From: Octopus bimaculoides
Taxonomy: Eukaryota
DNA length: 43,795 nt
Assembly (NCBI RefSeq): GCF_001194135.2
Contig: NC_068988.1
Span: 38,407,582 to 38,451,376, forward strand
Direction: 5' to 3'
Positions 33,970 through 43,795 of this stretch are shown here, piece after piece. The notes under the pieces are model-generated. The model worked only from the letters and a program-made list of their open reading frames with translations, was not told the DNA's origin and made no database searches. The translations under genes were made by a program, and so were the position numbers. Within the stretch, counting starts at the first letter, position 1. Each line of letters begins with the position of its first letter.

Positions 33970-34345
33970 AGGCAGTGAACTGGCAGAATTGTTAGCATGC
34001 TGGGCGAAATGCTTAGCAGTATTCTGTCTGTCTTTACGTGCTGAGTTCAAATTCTGCCATTGTCAACTTTGCGTTTCATCCTTCAGGGTCAATAAATTAA
34101 GTACCAGTTGCATACTGGGGTCAATCTAATCGACTGGTCCCTCCCCCAAAATTTCAGGCCTTGTGCCAAGAGTAGAAAAGAATTGTTAGCATGCTGGGCA
34201 AAACGTTTAGCATCATTTCATCATTCTTTATGTTGAGTTTAAATTCTGTCAAGCTTGATTTTGCCTTTCATCATTCTGGGGTCGATAAAATAAGTACCAG
34301 CCGAGAACTGGGGTCAATGTAATTGACTTACACCCTCCCCCACCG
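33970..34345 (+). mobile_element. Head-to-tail pair of family A SINEs
   Basis: AGAATTGTTAGCATGCTGGGC occurs at about 33985 and again at about 34179, each followed by B box, central domain and tail. Confidence 0.85.
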
Positions 34346-34535
34346 ACCTTGGGAGAGGGTGTAAGTCAATTATATATATATATATATATATAAACAAATA
34401 GTAAATGAGTATATGCATATATACGTACAGGTTTGTGCATACCGACATCCACCTGTATGTATAGGTGCATATCTGGGTAGAGGACATTGCAAACAAAACG
34501 TAGACGAGAAAACACACAAGCCACATAGAGAACAT

Positions 34536-34580
34536 TCTTCTTCATCAGCTACCCCCGTTTTAACACCGGCGTTTCGAAGA
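34536..34580 (-). ncRNA. Circularly permuted (type II order) hammerhead-like motif, stem I unpaired
   Basis: Minus strand: TCTTC GAAA CGCCGGTG T T AAAACGGGGGTAG CTGATGA A GAAGA. Confidence 0.35.
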
Positions 34581-34639
34581 GCTGATATATATATATATAT
34601 ATGTATGTATGTATGTATGTATATATGTATTTGTGTGTA

Positions 34640-34840
34640 TGTGTTTGTCCCCCACCATCGCTTGACAAGCGATGCTGGTGTGTTTACATCCATGTAAGCT
34701 AGCAGTTCGGCAAAAGAGACTGATAGAATAAGTACTAGGCATACAAAGAATAAGTCCTGGGGTCGAATTGTTTGACTAAGAGGCAGTGCTCCAGTATGGC
34801 CTCAGTCAAATGACTGAAACAAGCAAAAGAGTTAAAGAAT
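34640..34840 (+). mobile_element. SINE family B, 3' half
   Basis: GTGTTTGTCCCCCACCATCGCTTGACAAGCGATGCTGG...CAGTCAAATGACTGAAACAAG. Confidence 0.85.
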
Positions 34841-36050
34841 AAGGCGTTGAGCTGGCAGAATCATTACGGGACCGTAAACACACCAGCATCGGTTGTCAAG
34901 TGATGTTGGGGAACAAACACAGACACACAGACACACATATCGCCTCACCGAGGCGATGACTACTGACCGAGACCTTTGGAAATGTGCTGTGCGTGAGAAG
35001 ACCCGGCAAGCCAAGTAAGATCGTTGCCAGTGCCCCTGGACTGGCTCTTGTGCGGGTGGCACATGAGATGCACCATTTTGAGCGTGGCCGTTGCCAGTAC
35101 CGCCTGACTGGCTCCCATAGGATTTTCGAGTGAGATCGTNNNNNNNNNNNNNNNNNNNNNNNNNNNNNNNNNNNNNNNNNNNNNNNNNNNNNNNNNNNNN
35201 NNNNNNNNNNNNNNNNNNNNNNNNNNNNNNNNNNNNNNNNNNNNNNNNNNNNNNNNNNNNNNNNNNNNNNNNNNNNNNNNNNNNNNNNNNNNNNNNNNNN
35301 NNNNNNNNNNNNNNNNNNNNNNNNNNNNNNNNNNNNNNNNNNNNNNNNNNNNNNNNNNNNNNNNNNNNNNNNNNNNNNNNNNNNNNNNNNNNNNNNNNNN
35401 NNNNNNNNNNNNNNNNNNNNNNNNNNNNNNNNNNNNNTCGAGCATGGCCGTTTTTGTGCGGGTGACATGTAAGAGCACCCACTACACTCTCTGAGTGGTT
35501 GGCGTTAGGAAGGGCATCCAGCTGTAGAAACTCTGCCAAATTAGATTGGAGCCTGGTGTTGCCATCCTGTTTCACCAGTCCTCAGTCAAATCGTCCAACC
35601 CATGCTAGCATGGAAAGCGGACGTTAAACGATGATGATGATGATGATGATGATATATGACGTAGCGGTATTTCGTCTGCTGCTGCGTTCTGAGTTCAAAT
35701 ATTGCTGAGGTCGACTTAGCCTTTCATCCTTTTGGGGTTGATTAAATAAGTACCAGTTATGCGCTGGGGTCGATGTAATCGACTTAATCCCATTGTCTGT
35801 CCTTGTTTGTCCCTCTATATTTAGCCCCTTGTGGGCAATTAAGAAATAAGAATCATTAGCATGGGCAAAATGCTTAGCAGTAATTTTTCTGGGTTTTAAG
35901 CTCTGAGTTCAAATTTAGCTAAGGTCGACTTTTCCTTTTATCCTATTGAGGGTCAACAAAATAAGTACCAGTTGAACACTGGGGTTGATGTAATCGACCT
36001 ACTGCCTCCCCTGAAATTGCTAATCTTCTGCTATAATTTGAAATTAATCT
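34841..36050 (+). mobile_element. Nested composite: family A SINE split by [inverted family B piece + RTE 3' UTR + family A body]
   Basis: A head at 34841-34866; inverted B fragment about 34867-34940; CpG-rich RTE 3' UTR about 34941-35652 (with gap); A body about 35660-35848; older A body resumes at 35849. AGAATCATTA is duplicated at 34857-34866 and 35849-35858. Confidence 0.75.
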
Positions 36051-36776
36051 TAACGATACATAAAATAATTACACTGTTTTATAAAAGGCACAACCAACCA
36101 ATAACACAGCCACAACGAGCAGAACCATTCATACAAACACCACCATCACCACCACCACCAACACTAGCGCCAATACTGTCACCACCAACCAGAAAATTAC
36201 CACTGTGGCTACCGCCTCAACCATGCTCACCACCTCCGCCATGCGTATATCCCAAAATACTAATCTTTTGCTTTTCCGTTGATCTGTAGTCAAGCAATGC
36301 ACAGTTATTTTGACTCCAGAGTTTGTTATTTTTTTCACATACAGTAATCATGCATGTGTGTGTGTGTGTGTGTGTGTATTTGCGTGCACGTGTGTGTCTG
36401 TGTGTACACATGGGCATGTGAAAGTGAGTGCATATATATATTTAAATGTACATGTATGTACATATGCCAGTATATTAATACATACATAGGTATATATACA
36501 TATATATGAATATGTATACATACATTCATATATGTATATATATATATACATATACCGGAGTAAGCACATGAAATGTGCAACAAGGTCCGATGAACGGGAA
36601 CATGAAACTCAGAGTAACGGTTTTTTTGTTATATTTCTGCTGCTTTTAAATAAAGTATATATACATATATATATATATATATATACTCATGACATAGATA
36701 TTGTGTACTTGTAAAATATACTTAAATATACATGCATTCATAATGATATATATATATATGTATCTANNNNNNNNNN

Positions 36777-36883
36777 GCCAAATTAGATTGGAGCCTGGTG
36801 TTGCCATCCGGTTTCACCAGTCCTCAGTCAAATCGTCCAACCCATGCTAGCATGGAAAGCGGACGTTAAACGATGATGATGAT
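36777..36883 (+). mobile_element. RTE-type 3' tail fragment next to a gap
   Basis: Nearly identical to about 35535-35640. Confidence 0.8.
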
Positions 36884-37454
36884 ATGTATGTGTGTGGTAG
36901 ATACATATATATATATATCATTATGAATGCATGTATATTTAAGTATATTTTACAAGTACACAATATCTATGTCATGAGTATATAAGTATGTGCATGAATG
37001 ACAGTACATATCTGTTTATACAAAGATAAATCCATACACACGCACACACATGTATAACATATGCATACATTTATGCGTGTTTATATATATATATATATGT
37101 ATGTATTTATGTATGTGTGTGTGTGTGTATTGCATTGTATGTGTATGAATGCATTATAACAAATGGCTATTCATAGCTTGTAACAATTCCCATTTGTTAG
37201 AAGCAATGTCTGTTGTGACAGAATAATCTGTCAATGCTCTACTTCGTGTGCACATGCACATTCTGGTGTGTTGGAGGCTCTGTACGTGTATATATATAAG
37301 TGTGTTTACATATATATACATATATCTGCATGCAGAGTGTGTGTGTGCATACAATATATATACGTGCATACATTCATGCATACATACATACATACATACA
37401 TATATACATAAATACATACATACATATGTTTGTGTGTATGTGTATATATGTATG

Positions 37455-37486
<32 letters not shown>

Positions 37487-38534
37487 TACATATGTACATA
37501 CATGTATATATATCTTTATATATATATATATAATCTTTTGTATGAATTGTGTGTATATATATGTATATAAATAAATAAATATATATATATATATATAAAT
37601 ATATATACATTATACATGTATCTGTTTGCATGTGTCTTTGCAGGTGCACATACACACACATATACACATGCACATATACGCATGCACATATGCAAACTTC
37701 CATATTGATGTACCCTCACACACATTCACATATAACATATATGCAGTTACTANNNNNNNNNNNNNNNNNNNNNNNNNNNNNNNNNNNNNNNNNNNNNNNN
37801 NNNNNNNNNNNNNNNNNNNNNNNNNNNNNNNNNNNNNNNNNNNNNNNNNNNNNNNNNNNNNNNNNNNNNNNNNNNNNNNNNNNNNNNNNNNNNNNNNNNN
37901 NNNNNNNNNNNNNNNNNNNNNNNNNNNNNNNNNNNNNNNNNNNNNNNNNNNNNNNNNNNNNNNNNNNNNNNNNNNNNNNNNNTATATATATATGTACCTA
38001 TGCATCATATGTATGCTAATTCACACACCGATCCATATTGGCGCAAACCATAAGCTTATCTATGTGTAGAAACATACTCTGGTAAATGTGCAGTTACCCA
38101 TATGTATGTATACACATGCTGAAAATCACGTGTATGAATGTGTGTGTGTGTACGGTTGTGTATTGTGTGTATGTATGTATGTATGTATGCATGTACAGGC
38201 ACATACAAACAGTATAAAAACATGTAGAATTAAGTATAGGAATGTGTATATAAAATTCATTGAAAAATATTCCCTGATACAGATACAGATGTACGTAAAT
38301 AAATAGAGATATCTTCTTATATAAATATCCATACATACAAGCCCGTACATACTCATGTCTATGTATATGTTTGTGTGTGTGTGGATGTGTATATATGTAT
38401 ATATAGACATACATACAGATATGTATGCATATACATACACACATACATGCATACATACATAAATACATATATGTGTGTGTGTGTATGTATGTGTGTATAT
38501 GCTTACATATCTGTGTGTACATGTTTACATACAT

Positions 38535-38585
<51 letters not shown>

Positions 38586-38626
38586 AATATGTATGTATAT
38601 ATATATATATACATGCGTATTTATAC

Positions 38627-38684
<58 letters not shown>

Positions 38685-38985
38685 ATATATTTGTATACAC
38701 CCACATATATACATATAGAAGTATGAATATGTATACATATGCACATGCACATACACACACACAAATGCATACACTCACATTTACACACCCATACAGAAGC
38801 TTTCATGTAGTCACACATGTAGGAACGAACCCACATGTATAGAGACATGCAGCATGCACATGTATACATACATACATACATATGAGTTTATATGACTCAT
38901 ATAGGTGTCTAGCAGATGATTCATGGAAACGTGTGTACTGGCATATAAATTTCCATAGAAGGAAAATACATACTGATCTGTCTCT

Positions 38986-39141
38986 CTGTCTGTCTATCTA
39001 TCTATCTATCTACCTATCTATTTATCTATCTATCTATCTACCTATCTATTTATCTATCTATCTATCTACCTATCTATTTATCTATCTATTTATCTATCTA
39101 TCTATTTATCTATCTATTTATCTATCTATCTATTTATCTAT

Positions 39142-39177
<36 letters not shown>

Positions 39178-39178
39178 T

Positions 39179-39209
<31 letters not shown>

Positions 39210-39217
39210 CTATCTAT
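38986..39217. repeat. (ATCT)n/(ATTT) tetranucleotide microsatellite
   Basis: Directly visible; source of the (SIYL)n ORF. Confidence 0.95.
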
Positions 39218-39229
39218 ATCTGTCAATGT

Positions 39230-39276
<47 letters not shown>

Positions 39277-39857
39277 NNNNNNNNNNNNNNNNNNNNNNNN
39301 NNNNNNNNNNNNNNNNNNNACATACATACACACGCGCACACACACACACACATGTAAACAGACCTGGCTGTGTTTCTGCTTATGTAAAAATATATTAAAA
39401 AAAATTTTAATCCATAAATGCAATCGTGCATGCATAATTATTTTCATATACTGAAATATACACAAGAAACATGAGATAAGTATTCATAGAGACAAATTTT
39501 GATACGCAACCTAATATATATGTACATGCGTAAATATGCACATACATGCATAGTCACAACACACACACACACGTATATATTCATATATATAAACATGCAA
39601 ATAAACATATGTATTAATCATGCATACATAATAATTGGTGCAATTGGTTTTGTTAATAGAATTTGCTCAGAAAAGCTGGCATTTTCAGGGAAAGAAACCA
39701 AACTATGTATTTGCACAATACAAATACAATCTTTAAGTGGAACAGCAGAAATATGCAAGACTATTTTTTAGTTAGAAATGTGACATTGTTTGTATTATCT
39801 ACTTTCCAATGAGCCTTGCATCTTTCTTAGAAACCAACTCCGCCTTTACTGGAACAT

Positions 39858-39887
39858 ATCATCATCATCATCATCATCATCATCATC

Positions 39888-39920
<33 letters not shown>

Positions 39921-40110
39921 TTCATCGTCATCTTCATCATCATCATCATCTTTATCATCTTTATCATCATCATCATTGTTGTCGCCATCATGATCATCAG
40001 GATCATCATCAGTGTCACCGTCATCATCATTATCGTCATCGTCGTCGTCATTATCATTATCATCATCATCATCATCATTATCATCATTATCGTCACTATC
40101 ATTATCATTT
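39858..40110. repeat. Degenerate (CAT)n tract
   Basis: Directly visible. Confidence 0.95.
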
Positions 40111-40251
40111 AATGAGAAAAGCAGGATAGCTTTTATTAGAAGGTTATGCAGATGTACACATCCTGCAAGTTATAGGATAGCAACAGAGTTAGCAACAAGA
40201 TACACCTCATTCCACTTAGAAGGACATACCTTCATTATTAAGGACCAGGCT

Positions 40252-40545
40252 AAGGCAGTGACCAGGCTAAGCACGCTGGACGAAATACTTAGCAGTATGG
40301 TTCCAGGTTCTGTCCCTCTGCATGGCACCTTGGGCAAGTGTGTTTTCTATTATGGCCTCAGGCTGACCAAAGTCTTGTGAGTGGATTTGTTAGATGGAAA
40401 CTGAAAGAAACCAATCTATATGTGTGTGTGTGTGTGTCTTTGTTTGTCCCCCACCATCACTTGGCAACCGATGTTGGTGTGTTTACACCCCTGTAACCAG
40501 CATGGCTGCAATCAACTGACTGAAACAAGTAAAAGAATGAAAGAA
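40252..40545 (+). mobile_element. Chimeric SINE: family A-type head on a family B body, internally deleted
   Basis: AAGGCAGTG...AGCACGCTGGACGAAATACTTAGCAGTAT (A-like) runs into GGTTCCAGGTTCTGTCCC...CCTTGGGCAAGTG (B-like). About 100 bp of the B 3' half is missing at TGTAACC|AGCATGG. Confidence 0.65.
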
Positions 40546-40554
40546 TACTGCTGC

Positions 40555-41090
40555 TGCTACCCCTACTACTATGGCCACCGCTACTGCTACTCCTGCCGCA
40601 GTTGCCATCGTGACTACCAGTGCCATTCCATCACCAGCACTTTTACCACAATGACCACCACCACTACTGTCATCAACAGCACCGCCAACAACAACCAGCA
40701 CCACTACCATGACCGCCAATGATGCACCATCTCTACCACCACTACACCACCATCACCACTGTTATGAACAGCATTTCTACCACCACTGCCACCGACACCT
40801 CTACCAGCACCCACACCAACACCACCACTACCACCACCACCACCACCAACACCTAAACCACCACCACCACCACCACCACNNNNNNNNNNNNNNNNNNNNN
40901 NNNNNNNNNNNNNNNNNNNNNNNNNNNNNNNNNNNNNNNNNNNNNNNNNNNNNNNNNNNNNNNNNACCATCACCACCAACATCACCACTGCAACCACCAT
41001 CACCACTACCACCACCATCACCACTGCAACCACCACTACCATCACTGCCACCACCCCCACCATCACTGCAACGACGACCACCACCACCAC
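40555..41090. repeat. Degenerate (CAC/CAA/TAC)n trinucleotide tract with gap
   Basis: Directly visible; source of poly-His/Thr/Pro/Val/Gly ORFs. Confidence 0.9.
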
Positions 41091-41544
41091 AGCCTTTGCC
41101 AAATGAAATATGGACAAAGTTCATCCCAAATGACTCAACACAATTCATTCTCAGTCTCGTAACTGCATCTTCTTCTAAATGCAAACACTGGTTACACACA
41201 TTTGATAATTTTCCAACCTCTCTTCCAACTCTCAACAGACTACACATGCCCTCACAAACTTCACAGCTCAGAAACTATTCAAATACATTACAGATTGCTA
41301 TAGCAACGAAGATGTGATAAATTGCCTTTTTAATCCTTTTTTCTTCTACCAATCCATCTGAGATATCTTCTGGTTCTATGATACAAGCTTCATGTTTTAA
41401 AGTGATCTTAAATTAAATGTTCCATCTAAAAATTTAATGTTAATTTATGTTCCAAATACCAGCTTAATGATGACAAAGTTGTTTTATTGAATACTTCTTT
41501 ATTTTAAAAATTAATAGCTGCAAAGTCAATATATAATTGGGAAC

Positions 41545-42230
41545 AGGTGTGGCTGTATGGTAAGAAGCTTGATTCCCAATCACATGGTTCTGGGTTCATT
41601 TCCACTGCATGGCACCTTGAGCAAGTGTCTTCAACTATAGCCCTGAGTCAACCAAAATCTTGTGAGTGGATTTGGTAGACAAAAACTGAAAGAAGCCCTT
41701 CGTATATGTATATGTGTGTGTGTTTGTGTGCTTGTGCATGTGTGTAAATAAATATGGATATATATGTATGTTTATGTGTGTGTCTTTGTGATTGTGTTTG
41801 TTCCTTCCACCCTGCTTCGCAGCCACTATTAGTTTGTAAATGTCCCCATCACTTAGCAGTTTCACTCAAAAAGAAACCAATATAATAAATACCAGGCGGC
41901 GTGCTAGCAGAATTGTTAGCACACCAGGCAAAATGCTTAGCGGTATTTCATCAGCTGGTATTTCGTTCTAAGTTCAAATTCCGCCAAAGTTGACTTTGCC
42001 TTTCATTCTTTCGGGGTTGATTAAATAAGTACTAGTTATGCACTGGGGTCGATGTAATCGACTTAATCTCTTTGTATGTCCTTGTTTGTCCCCTCTATGT
42101 TTAGCCCCCTGTGGGCAATAAAGAAACCAATATAATAAGTACCAGGCTTTAAAAAATAAAGTACTGGTGAGGATTTATTCAGCTAAACCTTTCAAGGCAG
42201 GGTACAAGCATGGCCATAGTCCAATAAATA
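41545..42230 (+). mobile_element. Family B SINE interrupted by a family A SINE (about 41894-42125)
   Basis: B head CAGGTGTGGCTGTATGGTAAG; 28-bp duplication AAAGAAACCAATATAATAA(A/G)TACCAGGC at 41870-41897 and 42120-42147 brackets the A copy; the B tail continues afterwards. Confidence 0.85.
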
Positions 42231-42413
42231 AAAATAGATAAAAACTAAAAGATGAAGAAACTTTTTAATGAAAGCTTTTATTTTGGGGAATAATGTTGAA
42301 TGATATAACACACGGAATATTTGGTCTTGGAAACAGCTGTATCACAAACCAGAATATTAGACAAGTCACAAAATGATTCTAATGTTTATAACCATGATAT
42401 CTGACCTTGTTCA

Positions 42414-42605
42414 GTGCTGGTGTCACATAAAAAGCATCCAGTCCACTTTGTAAACTGGTTAGCGTAAGGAAGGGCATCCCGTCATAAAAACCATGCTAAA
42501 GCAGATGGTGGAGCTTGGTACAGTCCCCTGGTTTACCAGCTCCTGTCAAATTGTCCAACTCATGCCAGCTTAGAAGAGAAGATGTTAAATGATGATGATG
42601 ATGAT
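42414..42605 (+). mobile_element. RTE-type 3' end with (GAT)n tail
   Basis: GGTTAGCGTAAGGAAGGGCATCCC...GATGTTAAATGATGATGATG. Confidence 0.75.
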
Positions 42606-43759
42606 CTTGGTAAACACTACTGCTATAAACGAAGGAGACCACTAAACTAACAATTCTTTCAGCAGCTGTTTCTCAGAAATGATGTTTTCTTTTTTCTTGT
42701 CAGAAGTATAGAATATGACAGCAGAGAGTGTCCAGTAAGTGATGTCATATGTCACAAGTGTAGAATAAAAAGCCATTTTTTCTTAGATGCACAAACCAAG
42801 TAAATTGGTTGATTAATAATAGAACACATTCAAGACGAGCCATCAGAACATACTTTCACATTTCTACATCAATAGAAAATGTTGAAACTATATGAAGGAA
42901 GTTCAACCATCCGGCATCTTATTTTTGTCATGCTTTACAATTCTATTTCTGTACAGGAACACTCTTTAATTAACAGTGAAAGTGAGATTATTTCACAGAG
43001 TCCTGCCATGGCTATCGCTCCTACTGATCGACTTTTGTTGTTCAAAGAAATCCATGAAGCCACTTGAAAGACTTAATTTGTGGCCTGATTTTACATCTAT
43101 GAGATATCAAACATGAATAAAATGGTAATAGAGCACTTGACATTATCTCACTTTCTGATACATCTCAATGACTGCTGGCACCTTCAGGTGAAACACTTAT
43201 GGAATCAGATTTACCAATTGCTGACTTAATTTCCAAATCTCAATAACACACTCAATTCTAAATCTTTATTCCATGACAATTCTATATATCACAAGGGAGA
43301 CTCTTTAATTAACTGCTGCAGTAAGGTTACATCAATGATCTTTACCCTGCCTATTGCTTCAATTGATGAACTGCATCACTCAAAGAGAACCATCAAATCA
43401 ATTGAAAAAATTAATTTGTGACTTTATTATTAAGCTAAATTGTGTAAAAATAAAATCCAATTCTGGATTAGAATTACATTATCTCTTTTAAAACTTTCGG
43501 TCATTTCTGAATCTCTCATACTTAACTGTTTCTTTCTTATTTTTGTAATCAAAAGTTTAGAGTGTGAATTTACTTTCTTTTAAGAATGTTGCACATGCTG
43601 GATGAATTCTCTCCCTTACTTTGTACCAGTTATTGAATTGTAACATGATTTGGCGGATAGTTTTGATGTACAATTTCTATTATGGAGTGTATGTGCTTAG
43701 ATACATACAAACATGCATACATACATACTGAAATACATGCATACACATTCCCATATACA

Positions 43760-43795
<36 letters not shown>

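Noticed and set aside
36682-36984. Perfect inverted duplication of about 85 bp (36682-36766 / 36898-36984)
   Set aside because: One arm ends exactly at a 10-N gap and the arms appear identical; most likely a misoriented contig end, not a real hairpin.
41100-41320. Open frames on both strands next to the (CAC)n tract
   Set aside because: About 60-70 codons, no recognisable domain and no convincing donor site.
1-43795. Most ORF-track entries (poly-X, YIYI, HTHT, CVCV, SIYL, poly-H/I/M/S)
   Set aside because: They are translations of N-gaps and di-, tri- or tetranucleotide microsatellites, with no domain content.

Overview
AT-rich, gap-ridden eukaryotic DNA that is repeat-dominated and looks intronic or intergenic. 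The repeat families and the dense (TA)n/(CA)n/(CAT)n microsatellites resemble an octopus (coleoid cephalopod) draft assembly; this is inference from remembered repeat motifs, not a database hit. No host protein-coding gene can be identified, and nearly all ORF-track entries are microsatellite or N-gap artefacts. Supported content: many copies of three tRNA-derived SINE families, RTE-LINE pieces and RTE-type 3' tails ending in (GAT)n, at least five TIR elements (MITEs), an internally deleted Tc1/mariner transposase, Penelope-like GIY-YIG remnants, Helitron/DINE-like fragments and a probable solo LTR. The most notable signal is a dispersed set of hammerhead ribozyme (HHR) motifs on both strands: one fully canonical type I HHR (23889-23954), two further near-complete ones (24293-24328, 30658-30720), three decayed ones and one circularly permuted candidate. 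Several share an architecture of ribozyme, short AT-rich tail, microsatellite, which points to Penelope/retrozyme-like mobile RNAs. All folds were paired by eye and all family names are unverified.
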